Below, piece after piece: positions 1 to 12,869 of a stretch of DNA of 57,521 bases; position 1 is the first letter of the stretch, and each line of letters opens with the position of its first letter. Under the pieces are notes generated by a model, which was not told the DNA's origin, searched no databases, and worked only from the letters and a program-made list of their open reading frames with translations. Origin of the DNA: Eledone cirrhosa (lineage: Eukaryota); the NCBI GenBank assembly GCA_964016885.1, contig CAXHJY010001581.1:1-57521 (forward strand), in the 5' to 3' direction. A program made the translations under genes and the position numbers.

Positions 1-1310
1 TACATATTAACATTTTCTTTCCATCGCACATATTATTAAACCCTTAAATATTATTCTTAATACATATTAACATTTTCTTTCCATCCACATATTATTAAAC
101 CCTTAAATATTATTCTTAATACATATTAACATTTTCTTTCCATCGCACATATTATTAAACCCTTAAATATTATTCTTAATACATATTAACAATTTCTTTT
201 CATCGCACATATTATTAAACCCTTAAATATTTTTCTTAATACATATTAACATTTCCTTTTCATCGCACATATTATTAAACCCTTAAATATTATTCTTAAT
301 ACATATTAACATTTTCTTTCCATCGCACATATTATTAAACCCTTAAATATTATTCTTAATACATATTAACAATTTCTTTTCATCGCACATATTATTAAAC
401 CCTTAAATATTATTCTTAATACATATTAACAATTTCTTTTCATCGCACATATTATTAAACCCTTAAATATTATTCTTAATACATATTAACATTTACTTTT
501 CATCGCACATATTATTAAACCCTTAAATATTATTCTTAATATATATTAACATTTTCTTTCCATCGCACATATTATTAAACCCTTAAATATTATTCTTAAT
601 ACATATTAACATTTTCTTTCCATCGCACATATTATTAAACCCTTAAATATTATTCTTAATACATATTAACAATTTCTTTTCATCGCACATATTATTAAAC
701 CCTTAAATATTATTCTTAATACATATTAACAATTTCTTTTCATCGCACATATTATTAAACCCTTAAATATTATTCTTAATACATATTAACATTTACTTTT
801 CATCGCACATATTATTAAACCCTTAAATATTATTCTTAATATATATTAACATTTTCTTTCCATCGCACATATTATTAAACCCTTAAATATTATTCTTAAT
901 ACATATTAACATTTTCTTTCCATCGCACATATTATTAAACCCTTAAATATTATTATTAATACATATTAACAATTTCTTTTCATCGCACATATTATTAAAC
1001 CCTTAAATATTATTCTTAATACATATTAACATTTACTTTTCATCGCACATATTATTAAACCCTTAAATATTATTCTTAATATATATTAACATTTTCTTTC
1101 CATCGCACATATTATTAAACCCTTAAATATTATTCTTAATACATATTAACATTTTCTTTCCATCGCACATATTATTAAACCCTTAAATATTATTCTTAAT
1201 ACATATTAACAATTTCTTTTCATCGCACATATTATTAAACCCTTAAATATTATTCTTAATACATATTAACAATTTCTTTTCATTGCACATATTATTAAAC
1301 CCTTCAATAT
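1..1310. repeat. 60-bp tandem satellite (~22 units, runs off the window start)
   Basis: Unit ACATATTAACATTTTCTTTCCATCGCACATATTATTAAACCCTTAAATATTATTCTTAAT repeats in register line after line, with a few variant positions. Confidence 0.97.
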
Positions 1311-1602
1311 ACAAACCTTAACTTTACATTATTTTTCTCTTCGTTAATTTTCAAATTCTTTTAATTTATACATTATCTTCCAACGGTTTTTCAACCTCTC
1401 TATGTAAAACAATACATTTTTCTCAGTTATAAAAGCTATCTCTCTCTCTCTATCACCCATCTCTCCTCCTATCTCCTCCTTCCTCATTATACTCCTCCCC
1501 CTTCACCTTTTACTCTCATCTCCTCCTCTTTTTCATCCTTTCCAACCCCCCCATCAAAAAAAAATTCCCCCAATATCACACATCAATCTAAAATTAGTTT
1601 TC

Positions 1603-1768
1603 ATATGTTGATTTAAAACTGCAATATCCACAAGTGTTTTTAACCTTCATATTATGTCTTCCTATTTTATCTGATGAAAACACAAATGTTATTGCATGAT
1701 GATATTTGTTTGTGAAATGCGCATGATAAAATACGTGGAACACTTTTAACCATCTTTTGATCTTATGT
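1603..1768 (+). mobile_element. PLE pseudo-LTR terminus, family D (diverged copy, short end)
   Basis: Homologous to 24296-24465 and 52511-52680; contains the hammerhead fold and ends GATCTTAT into the TA array. Confidence 0.75.
1665..1731 (+). ncRNA. Type I hammerhead ribozyme, family D (probably inactive: AUG at the cleavage triplet)
   Basis: TTTTAT-CTGATGA-stem II-GAAA-TGCGCA-TG-ATAAAA; H17 is G here but A in the other D copies. Confidence 0.7.
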
Positions 1769-1806
1769 ATTATATGTATATATATATATATATGTATATG
1801 TATATG

Positions 1807-1837
<31 letters not shown>

Positions 1838-2086
1838 GTATATGTATATGTATATATGTATATGTATATATATACATATATGTATATGTATGTGTATATG
1901 TATATATGTATATGTATATGTATATATATATGTGTATGTATATGTATATATATATGTGCATGTATATATATATATATAAATATATGTGTATGTATATATA
2001 TATGTGTGTATCTATATATATATATGTATATATATATGTATATATATTTATATGCATATGTATATATATATATATATATATGTATG

Positions 2087-2137
<51 letters not shown>

Positions 2138-2142
2138 GTATG

Positions 2143-2185
<43 letters not shown>

Positions 2186-2415
2186 GTATATATATATATG
2201 TATATATATATATGTATATGTATATATATGTATATATGTATATATATGTATATGTATATATATGTATATGTATATATATTTTATATGTATATATATGTAT
2301 ATGTATATATATGTATATGTATATATATATGTATATATATGTATATGTATATATATATGTATATATATATATATGTATATGTATATATATATATATGTAT
2401 ATGTATATATATATG

Positions 2416-2447
<32 letters not shown>

Positions 2448-2457
2448 TGTGTATATA

Positions 2458-2490
<33 letters not shown>

Positions 2491-2511
2491 CTGTGTATAT
2501 ATATATATATA

Positions 2512-2612
<101 letters not shown>

Positions 2613-3422
2613 GTATATATATGTATTTATATGTATATATATATATATCCGTGTATGTATATATATGTATATATATGTATTTATATATAGGTATATGTAT
2701 ATATAGATGTATATATATGTATATCTATATATATATATATGTATATGTATATATATGTATATGTATAAATATGTATATGTATATATATGTATATGTATAT
2801 ATATGTATATGTATATATATGTATATGTATATATATGTAAATGTATATATATGTATATATATATATATATGTATATGTATATATATGTATATATATATAT
2901 ATATATATGTATATGTATATATATGTATATATATATGTATATGTATATATAAGTATATATATATATCTGTGTGTGTATATATATATATAAATATATGTAT
3001 ATATATGTATATATATATCTGTGTGTGTATATATATATATAAATATATGTATATATATGTATATATATATATGTGTATGTATATATATGTATATATATAT
3101 ATAGGTGTGTATGTATATATATGTATATATATATGTGTATGTATATATATGTATATATATATAGGTGTGTATGTATATATATTTATGTATATATATATAG
3201 ATGTGTATGTATATATATATGTATATATATATGTATATATATATATATATGTGTATGTATATATATGTATATATATATATGTGTATGTATATATATGTAT
3301 ATATATATATGTGTATGTATATATATGTATATATATATGTGTATGTATATATATGTATATATATATATATATGTATATGTATATTTATATATATATTTTA
3401 TATATATGTATATATATATATG

Positions 3423-3601
<179 letters not shown>

Positions 3602-3678
3602 GTATATATATGTATATGTATATATATGTATATATATGTATATGTATATATATGTGTATATATATATATATAAATATG

Positions 3679-3760
3679 TATTTATTAAAATAACAGATTA
3701 AAGTTTAAGCAAAGAATCTTTGGATTTTAGTCTTCAATTTTATTATTATTACTATTATTA
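3679..3760. mobile_element. Micro two-ended insertion of PLE-terminus family F
   Basis: 3679-3718 matches 48735-48774. 3722-3755 is the reverse complement of 48648-48680. So an inverted short end is joined to a long end. Confidence 0.7.
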
Positions 3761-4381
3761 TTATTATTATTATTATATAAATATGTATATATATGTATAT
3801 ATATATAGGTGTGTATGTATATATATGTATGTATATATATATATGTGCATGTATATATATATATATATGTGTATGTATATATATATATATATGTGTATGT
3901 ATATATATGTATATATATGTGTATGTATATATATGTATATATATGTGTATGTATATATATGTATATATATATATATGTGTATGTATATATATGTATATAT
4001 ATATATATATGTGTGTATGTATATATATGTATGTATATATATATATATATATCTGTGTATGTATATATATATGTATATATATATGTATATATATATATTT
4101 ATATATATGTATATATATGTATATATATGAATATGTATATATATGTGTATATATAAATATATGTATATGTATATATATGTCTATATATATATATATAAAT
4201 ATGTATATATATTTACATGTATATATATATATCTATATATATATATATATATATATCTGTGTATGTATATATATGTATATATGTATATGTATATATATGT
4301 ATGTGTATATATATATATATGTATATGTATATATATATATGTATATATATGTATATATATGTATATGTATATGTATATGTA

Positions 4382-5442
4382 TGTGTTGGGCCCACTTCTC
4401 ATCATCATCTATATTAATGACATCACTGACATCATCAAACACAGCAACATTAAAATTTTCGCTGATGATTCCAAGCTCCAAAAGGTCATCAATGGCGTGG
4501 ATGACCGGATAAGCCTTCAATCAGACCTACTGGCTGTTACCCAATGGGCAGAAAAGAACAACATGTTACTGAACGAAGACAAATTCGAACTGATCCACTT
4601 TGGAAAAGAGGATGCTCTGAAACTCCCGTACTCCCTTCCCTCCGGGGAAACTCTCGTGGCATCTAACAACATCAGAGACTTGGGAGTAACCGTGGACAGC
4701 AACATAAGCTGGACCACGCATATAAGCAGCAAAGTTGACATGGCCCGCAGAATGTGTTCCTGGATCCTCAGAACCTTCCAGTCGAGAGATTCCCGCACCA
4801 TTATCCTTCTCTTATCTACTTTTGCCCGACCACACCTTGAATACTGTTGTCCACTGTGGTCTCCCCACACCAAACAAAGTATCATGAAACTTGAAGCTCC
4901 TCAAAGGGCAATCACGAAAAAGATAGATGGCATGTCAGACCTTGACTACTGGGGTCGATTAGAAAACCTGAAACTTTACTCACTCCAACGTCGCCGTGAG
5001 CGTTATATTATCTGCATGATGTGGAAAATGTTCCATCATCACTGCCCAAATGATGTTGGCATCGCCTTCAAGATACACCCAAGGCTTGGGCCCCGTGCTA
5101 TCCGTCCCATTCAAAAATCTAAATCGCAACTCATAACAACAATACGGCACAATTATTTCACCTTAATCGGCCCTGCTCTCTTCAACATCACACCAGGACA
5201 CGTCAAAACAGAAACTGACCACACAAAATTCAAGAAGTCTTTGGACAAATTCCTCCAAGTAATCCCGGACAAACCACCCACACCCGGATATGTCTCCGCA
5301 AACCGTAATTCTCTTCTCGAATGGGCCATGGTGCCCAAATCCAGAATTGAAAGACTTCGCCAGGTGGTGCTATTAAGTTAGACATGGCCTGGGCCAATAC
5401 TGGCCAAAACATTTCAAAGTTATTCAAAGTTATTCAAAGTTA
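4382..5442 (+). mobile_element. 5'-truncated non-LTR retrotransposon (CR1/L2-group LINE), RT C-terminal part
   Basis: VLGPLL..IYIND, FADDSK, RDLGV, RPHLEYC and [11 protein letters not shown] motifs; stop at 5381; short 3' UTR with a GGCCA/TGGCC hairpin and a (TTCAAAGTTA)3 tail. Confidence 0.93.
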
Positions 5443-5555
5443 TGTATATATATGTATAAGTATATATATATATATAAATATATGTATATATATATGTATA
5501 TATATGTATATATATATATATATCTGTGTATGTATATATATGTATATATATATAC

Positions 5556-6032
5556 AGGACTAAAAACAAAACCTGTCAAAGGGCAAAGGAGCTCTTAAGA
5601 GTCAATGGCCATCCAAAATCACCGGGAGAGATGACCCCTTAGCCTTTGTCAAGGCAGAATTCTAGGAGAAGGAAAACTCTGATATAACACCTGCAACCCT
5701 GATGGTATCCAATGATGTTGACTTGTTCTTCTTTTTGGTAAATATCATCTTGGTTAAGAGAGTGGGACTGGCTTTGTGCAGTGCCTTTCCTCACTATAAA
5801 AGCTTCACAGCACAGGCATTGCTTTATATCTGGAGATCTCTCTGCACTTGTCATCACATGGTACCATGGGCCCAGCACTATGTGTCAATAATTGTCACAA
5901 GTGTAGTGTTTGTACCAGAGTTTTCAAGTCGCTGGCTGGACTAAAAAGTCACACTTGTTTAGCGCATCAGTAGGAGTTCTTCTACATGGATATAAAGTAG
6001 TGGCCGTACTCGAAAACGAGTTGGCAGCCACC
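5556..6032 (+). mobile_element. Non-autonomous RTE-derived element (5'-truncated)
   Basis: RTE-5'UTR-like CTAGGAGAAGGAAAACTCTGA joined to a 3' end encoding a zinc-finger-like remnant [21 protein letters not shown]; no RT; near-identical to 19050-19524. Confidence 0.7.
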
Positions 6033-6193
6033 ATATATATATATATACATATATATATGTTTTTATATATGTATATGTATATGTATATATATGTATATAT
6101 ATATGTATATATATGTATATATATATGTATATGTATATATATGTATATATATGTATATGTATATATATGTATATATATATATGTATATATATG

Positions 6194-6254
<61 letters not shown>

Positions 6255-7578
6255 ATATGTATATGTAAATATATATATATATATATGTATATATATATGT
6301 ATATATATATGTATATATATGTATATATATATATATATATGTATATGTATATATATGTATATGTATATATATGTATATATATGTATATATATATATATGT
6401 AAATGTATATATATGTATATATATATATATATATGTATATGTATATATATGTATATATATATATGTATAAGTATATATATGTATATATATATATATATCT
6501 GTGTGTGTATAAATATATATATATGTATATGAATATATATATATATGTATATGTATATATATATAGCGGCGATGAATTAGTTTTGCGAGGTTTTTTATAT
6601 GAAATCGTGTGTCGAAACAGATATTGTTATATTTGGGGAGGGTCATATTTGCGTAATATTGCCAGAATTAATAACAGAACACACTCACTGTTTGGTTGGT
6701 TTTCGCTTCTCGCTGTCTTTTATATATATATATCTGCGATCTAACTTACTCGGTCCTCAATGTTGCCATTGACTGACCGGCGGTCAAAAATAAAATAATA
6801 CAGATACAATATAGACAAACACATATATATATAGTTTACATAAATCTTTCGTTGCACATCTGCAACATCGTCAGTGGTGTTATATTCATTGTTCCTCCTG
6901 TTGTGTTGTATGTCTACGCCATTTTTTTTGTTGTTCAGTCCGTCTATATATTTATTTATTTGTTTGCTTGTTTGTTTATCTTATTTTATTTTGTCTTCTT
7001 TGCGCATGCGTTTGCGTGTGTGATGTGTGACTAGTGTGTATAGTGTTGTGTCTGCTGGGTGACTAGTGTGTGTTTATGTGCTTGTGTATGTATTTATTTA
7101 TCTTATTTTATTTAATTTAATTTACTTATTTATTTATACTTCTCTTAGGTCAGTGTTGTTTGTTTGGGTGTTGTTGTTGTTCCACTCATTCTTTCTGTTT
7201 AGCTTTGGTCTTCTAATTTCTATTTCACTGGCCTCTCTGATTTGCCTATCTGCTGGGTCATTCCTATGTTTAGATATTATTCTAATTTCTATGTTGTCTA
7301 TGTTACCGTCATGATGTTGTCTAGCATGTTCGTATAGTACTGACCCGTTTTTTCGTCCTTTTAGTTCCCCCCAGTGTTGGTCTATCCTTTCACCTATGCT
7401 ACGAGCTGTCTCACCTATGTATGTTGTTGTCGTGTTTCTACAAGTACCCTCTGTACATCTTATGCTATAGACTACATTTCTAGTTTTACAGTTTATCCGG
7501 GGGTTCACCTTACATATGATACATTTCCTATTGGTACAGTGGGTTTTCTTAAAAGGGTAGGTTTTGCTGATCAGGGAT

Positions 7579-10500
7579 TTAATTCATCGCCGCTATGGCA
7601 TTAGCTTGTGCCAAGCTGAAAGGTTATTGAAAGACACTGTTTTCTGTTATATAAAAACTACAATAACAACAGAACAAATCCGCTTCTTAAAACACTGTGT
7701 TTCCTCCAAAACATACACAACAAACATATCAAAACAAGTAAATAATTTATTATTGAACAAAACACAAGCTGAACGGCTAAAACACACAATAACAGTTAAT
7801 ATGAAAAGAACAACATACACAAAAGTCAACGCACTCTACAGACAAAAACGCATCAACGGTAAGGAAATCCGAAATCTCATCACAGCAAACGAGAGAGATG
7901 ACTTCATGAGCGTCATCCGACGCGAAACGAAATATGCTCAAAACGAATGCTGTAGGCATTTCAAGAAGAAATTAGAATGGATGAATAAGAAAAAACTACA
8001 AGAAAGGAAAATCGAATATTCTCAAAAATACCCAGATAACATCGACAACATCCGTATGAGTGATGTAAAACTACCGGAAGAATTTACCAATGACCACACA
8101 GTAAATATCTATGGGAACACTTTAATCAGTGAACAAGAACAACAAATCCTAAAGTTACCACCAAAATTTGCCATCTACAAAAAGATTAACCCTATGGAAT
8201 GCAAAACTGAACTGGAAAAGTGTTTCACAAAAATACGTTGGAATGCAAAGGTAAACAACAACAACAATAATAACGGTAGTAGTAATATAAACAATAACTC
8301 TGGGTATAGAAATAACAGCCATAACCATAACAATGGCAGGAAAGTGAGAAATAGTGATAATGGTAATAATACTAGCGATAGACAGAACAACAACAACCAC
8401 AATAATAATAATAATAGAAACGTTAACCACAGACACAGCAACAGTGACCACAGTAGTAATAACGGTAACAATACGAACAACAACAACAACAATAACCACA
8501 GTGGTAATAATGGAAATAGTACATGTAGCAACATCAACAAAAACAAGAAACATAATAATAGTAACAACCACAATGGTAGAAATAGCAGTAACAACAACAA
8601 CAATAACGGTGAAGTAAACAACAATACATCTAGCAATCATAACAATAATAATATTAAAGCTAATGATAGAAACAACAACAACCACCATGATAATAATAAT
8701 AGCAACACACACAACTATGACGATAGAAATAACGACAACCCCTTAGAGAAACTATTTTTCAACCCAGCTGACAAAACATATAAGATGGGTAATATCTATC
8801 CTACGAGGTTACCCTTTAATAAAAGAGTTTGCATACCACAACAAATAGATGACGAGACGGAGGCACAGTTCACCATAGCTAGAAATAAGATTAGACAAGT
8901 AGTAGACAGGTACACTATGAGACAGAGCAGACCAGAGGCCCAACAACTTGGGATAAAACCTGTAGAAGGCTTGGTTAGCCTCAAGCAGCGCACAAGGGAT
9001 GGTGAGGTAGTGTGTCTACCCACAGATAAGTCTGGTAGGATGTCAATAGATAGCATGCCGAACTACATCGAGGCAATGCAACCCCACATCACCAACACGA
9101 GCGAAGTTGCACAACTAACACACGATGGGAGAGAAAAAATCCTCAACGCTCACATGATGATGTGGACTGACATCCTAAAGCCAAGCAGACGCACTGCCAA
9201 CAACTTCCAGGCGTCTAACAATGGCATACCACCCTTGTATGGGCTCCGCAAAGACCACAAGACAGTCGACGACCCGACAACAGGACCACCAACAAGACCT
9301 GTATGCGGAGCTAATATAGCTAGCAACTACAGGATCTCCTACTTCCTCTCAATGGTTATACGCCCCATAATCAAGATGTCCCCAGATGTATGTGAAAGTA
9401 CAGAGGACCTCCTCAGCAGAATCAGTGAGTGCAACAAAAACAGGAGCCTATCCAACTGCATAATAGGCAGCATGGATGTGGTGTCACTGTACCCATCCAT
9501 TAACATTGATTTTGCTGTGAAAAGATGTGTGGAGATGATCATTGAGAGTGAGGTGGAGTTCTGCGACGTCGACACAGACGAACTGGGCCTCCTACTTAGA
9601 CTTACCTACGACACTGACTACCTAGACAGCCATGACCTTAGATGTTTCTGCCCTAGTAGACCTATAAGAGGTAGACCCCCCACCATAACCTCAATGGCTA
9701 AAAAGACTCCCATAGGAAGGTGGATTGGGTGGACCAAAGCTATACGGACCCCCCAAAACACTGATCAGGTAAGAAAAATGGTCGCACATGCAATAGGGGC
9801 TAGTATCAAAACTACCCTAAAGGGCCACATATTTAAGTTCAATGAGAAAATCTACACCCAAAATGAGGGAGCAGCCATCGGCGTCAGCATAGCTGGCGAT
9901 GTTGCCAACCTTTTCATGGTATGGTGGGAAAGGAGACTTAAAGATCTCCTTAATGAAAGCTCCATAGACCTCATCATGTACTCTCGTTATGTAGACGATA
10001 TCAATATAGTTATAAGAACACCCCCACTAGAGAGCACTAACAAGTTTGATTTAGAACGTAGCACGATGGAAAGCATCCAGCAGATAGCTAATTCCATACA
10101 CCAGAGTATAACTGTAACTATAGACTTCCCTTCCAAACACCCTAACAATAGACTACCTGTATTAGACACAGAACTCTGGATTAACACTATAGACGAGAGA
10201 GCCCAAATTCTCCACTCACACTATGCTAAACCCATGGCCTCCAAATACCTGATACTCAAAAACTCAGCAATGTCCAGTAGTGCTAAGTTTAATATTCTGA
10301 TCGCAGATTTGGTACGAGTGATGAAGAATGTGTCCAGCATGTGCGACCCAACAGAAATGGAAGGACACATCCAACACTTCATCAACCGCATGCAGTTCTC
10401 TGGCTACAACCAAAGAGACAGAGTCAGAGTATACGAAGGAGCCATGGAAAAGTATAAGACCCTCATAGAACTGGACATGAAAGGAATTTGCCCACTATAC

Positions 10501-11145
10501 AGGAGCAAATCATGGAATAGCTTAGATAGGGCTAGACATAAGATAGGGAAGGCCACATCATGGTACGACAACCAGAGATATCAGAGTGTCATGTTTGTGG
10601 ACGCCACCCCTGGAGGGAAATTAGCTAACCAGTGTAGAAAGGCCCTGAGAAAGACCCACTTAAAAATAAAGGTGGTAGAAAAGCCAGGAACCACCATAAA
10701 ATCCCTGATCAGCAAAACCTACCCTTTTAAGAAAACCCACTGTACCAATAGGAAATGTATCATATGTAAGGTGAACCCCCGGATAAACTGTAAAACTAGA
10801 AACGTAGTCTATAGCATAAGATGTACAGAGGGTACTTGCAGAAACACGACAACAACATACATAGGTGAGACAGCTCGTAGCATAGGTGAAAGGATAGACC
10901 AACACTGGGGGGAACTAAAAGGACGAAAAAACGGGTCAGTACTATACGAACATGCTAGACAACATCATGACGGTAACATAGACAACATAGAAATTAGAAT
11001 AATATCTAAACATAGGAATGACCCAGCAGATAGGCAAATCAGAGAGGCCAGTGAAATAGAAATTAGAAGACCAAAGCTAAACAGAAAGAATGAGTGGAAC
11101 AACAACAACACCCAAACAAACAACACTGACCTAAGAGAAGTATAA
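7579..11145 (+). CDS. PLE polyprotein: N-terminal region, Asn-rich tract, RT, C-terminal GIY-YIG endonuclease (true start lies at 11639)
   Basis: Uninterrupted frame with PTDKSG, LYGLRKDHK, RPV, GSMDVVSLYPSI, QNEGAAIG, YSRYVDD, LPVLD, CxxxxCxxC, NVVYSIRC..YIGETARSIGERIDQH and RQIREA..LN. The called MLIRD start comes from the inverted arm. Confidence 0.95.
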   Translation, partial: LIHRRYGISLCQAERLLKDTVFCYIKTTITTEQIRFLKHCVSSKTYTTNISKQVNNLLLNKTQAERLKHTITVNMKRTTYTKVNALYRQKRINGKEIRNLITANERDDFMSVIRRETKYAQNECCRHFKKKLEWMNKKKLQERKIEYSQKYPDNIDNIRMSDVKLPEEFTNDHTVNIYGNTLISEQEQQILKLPPKFAIYKKINPMECKTELEKCFTKIRWNAKVNNNNNNNGSSNINNNSGYRNNSHNHNNGRKVRNSDNGNNTSDRQNNNNHNNNNNRNVNHRHSNSDHSSNNGNNTNNNNNNNHSGNNGNSTCSNINKNKKHNNSNNHNGRNSSNNNNNNGEVNNNTSSNHNNNNIKANDRNNNNHHDNNNSNTHNYDDRNNDNPLEKLFFNPADKTYKMGNIYPTRLPFNKRVCIPQQIDDETEAQFTIARNKIRQVVDRYTMRQSRPEAQQLGIKPVEGLVSLKQRTRDGEVVCLPTDKSGRMSIDSMPNYIEAMQPHITNTSEVAQLTHDGREKILNAHMMMWTDILKPSRRTANNFQASNNGIPPLYGLRKDHKTVDDPTTGPPTRPVCGANIASNYRISYFLSMVIRPIIKMSPDVCESTEDLLSRISECNKNRSLSNCIIGSMDVVSLYPSINIDFAVKRCVEMIIESEVEFCDVDTDELGLLLRLTYDTDYLDSHDLRCFCPSRPIRGRPPTITSMAKKTPIGRWIGWTKAIRTPQNTDQVRKMVAHAIGASIKTTLKGHIFKFNEKIYTQNEGAAIGVSIAGDVANLFMVWWERRLKDLLNESSIDLIMYSRYVDDINIVIRTPPLESTNKFDLERSTMESIQQIANSIHQSITVTIDFPSKHPNNRLPVLDTELWINTIDERAQILHSHYAKPMASKYLILKNSAMSSSAKFNILIADLVRVMKNVSSMCDPTEMEGHIQHFINRMQFSGYNQRDRVRVYEGAMEKYKTLIELDMKGICPLYRSKSWNSLDRARHKIGKATSWYDNQRYQSVMFVDATPGGKLANQCRKALRKTHLKIKVVEKPGTTIKSLISKTYPFKKTHCTNRKCIICKVNPRINCKTRNVVYSIRCTEGTCRNTTTTYIGETARSIGERIDQHWGELKGRKNGSVLYEHARQHHDGNIDNIEIRIISKHRNDPADRQIREASEIEIRRPKLNRKNEWNNNNTQTNNTDLREV
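8254..8740 (+). repeat. In-frame (AAC/AAT)-rich low-complexity tract encoding ~160 aa Asn-rich region
   Basis: Runs of AAC/AAT codons inside the PLE ORF, with no stop codon. Confidence 0.9.
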
Positions 11146-11282
11146 ATAAATAAGTAAATTAAATTAAATAAAATAAGATAAATAAATACATACACAAGCA
11201 CATAAACACACACTAGTCACCCAGCAGACAACACTATACACACTAGTCACACATCACACATAACACTATACACACACGCAAA

Positions 11283-11373
11283 CGCATGCGCAAAGAAGAC
11301 AAAATAAAATAAGATAAACAAACAAGCAAATAAATAAATAAATATATAGACAGACTGAACAAAAAAAATGGCG
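11283..11373 (+). promoter_or_regulatory. Putative pLTR promoter motifs, family A (NRF1-like CGCATGCGC, YY1-like AAAATGGCG)
   Basis: The same two motifs occur in the same order in family B (51647-51695), despite otherwise dissimilar UTRs. Confidence 0.5.
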
Positions 11374-11411
11374 TAGACATACAACACAACAGGAGGAACA
11401 ATGAATATAAC

Positions 11412-11453
11412 ACCACTGACGATGTTGCAGATGTGCAACGAAAGATTTATGTA
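11412..11453 (+). ncRNA. Hammerhead-like motif, family A (weak stem I); mirrored at ~6836-6878 and ~19930-19970 on the minus strand
   Basis: CTGACGA-T-GTTGCA-GATG-TGCAAC-GAAA-GATT-TA; same position and layout as the family B hammerhead, but only ~2 bp of stem I. Confidence 0.55.
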
Positions 11454-11638
11454 AACTATATATATATGTGTTTGTCTATATTGTATCTGTATTATTTTTG
11501 ACCGCCGGTCAGTCAATGGCAACATTGAGGACCGAGTAAGTTAGATCGCAGATATATATATATAAAAGACAGCGAGAAGCGAAAACCAACCAAACAGTGA
11601 GTGTGTTCTGTTATTAATTCTGGCAATATTACGCAAAT

Positions 11639-11707
11639 ATGACCCTCCCCAAATATAACAATATCTGTTTCGACACACGATTTCATATAAAAAACCTCGC
11701 AAAACTA
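11639..11707 (+). CDS. N-terminal 22 codons of the family-A PLE protein ([22 protein letters not shown]), located at the element 3' end
   Basis: The inverted arm (6646->6563) reads [28 protein letters not shown], overlapping LIHRRY at the start of the 7579 ORF. Confidence 0.85.
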
Positions 11708-11775
11708 TATATATATATGTATATGTATATATATATATATCTGTGTATGTATATATATATATCTGTGTGTGTATG

Positions 11776-11854
<79 letters not shown>

Positions 11855-11887
11855 GTGTATGTATACATATGTATATATATATATATG

Positions 11888-11918
<31 letters not shown>

Positions 11919-12057
11919 GTATATATATATGTGTATATATATATATGTGTATATATATATATATGTATATGTGTATATATATATATATGTATATGTATAT
12001 ATGTATATATGTATATATATGTATATATTTATGTATATATTTATGTATATATATATG

Positions 12058-12118
<61 letters not shown>

Positions 12119-12163
12119 GTAAATATATATATATGTATATATATATATATGTATATATATATG

Positions 12164-12210
<47 letters not shown>

Positions 12211-12236
12211 GTATATATGTATATATATATATATAT

Positions 12237-12450
12237 AACTTTGAATAACTTTGAAATGTTTTGGCCAGTATTGGCCCAGGCCATGTCTAACTTAATAGCA
12301 CCACCTGGCGAAGTCTTTCAATTCAGGATTTGGGCACCATGGCCCATTCGAGAAGAGAATTACTGTTTGCGGAGACATATCCGGGTGTGGGTGGTTTGTC
12401 CGGGATTACTTGGAGGAATTTGTCCAAAGACTTCTTGAATTTTGTGTGGT
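12237..12450 (-). mobile_element. Short 3' fragment of the CR1/L2-group LINE
   Basis: Reverse complement of ~5218-5432, including the TTCAAAGTTA tail. Confidence 0.92.
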
Positions 12451-12493
12451 ATATATATATATTTATATATAGGTATATATGTATATATACATG

Positions 12494-12580
<87 letters not shown>

Positions 12581-12838
12581 ATATATATATATATGTATAT
12601 ATGTATATATATATATTTATATATAGGTATATATGTATATATATATATATGTGTATATATGTGTATATATATATTTATATATAGGTATATATGTATATAT
12701 ATATATGTATATATATATATATGTATATATATATATGTGTATATATATGTATGTGTATGTATATATATGTATATATATATATATATGTGTATGTATATAT
12801 ATGTATATATATATGTGTATGTATATATATGTATATAG

Positions 12839-12867
<29 letters not shown>

Positions 12868-12869
<2 letters not shown>

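Larger units (their letters stand above)
6563..11707 (+). mobile_element. Penelope-like element family A (Neptune-like): inverted 3' arm (6563-7580) plus one full monomer (7580-11707)
   Basis: 6563-7580 is the reverse complement of 10699-11707 plus ~15 extra nt. The ORF has PLE RT and GIY-YIG domains. TA arrays lie on both sides. Confidence 0.95.

Noticed and set aside
1-1310. 60-bp repeats as a CRISPR array or coding repeat
   Set aside because: No unique spacers, no cas genes, a eukaryotic context, and no ORF across the array.
7564-7578. TTG start of the 1193-aa ORF (MLIRD)
   Set aside because: These codons come from the antisense inverted arm; the real N-terminus is encoded at 11639.
8155-8712. 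Val/Ile/Leu-rich minus-strand ORFs
   Set aside because: They are antisense shadows of the Asn-rich tract.
11639-11690. SECIS element in the conserved terminal module (ATGA..AA..GA)
   Set aside because: No helix II complementarity, no in-frame TGA in the ORF, and the conservation is explained by coding.
6033-12236. TA arrays as tails synthesised wholly from each element's 3' end
   Set aside because: Array polarity is the same on both sides of the two outward-pointing ends of element A, so the array pre-existed.
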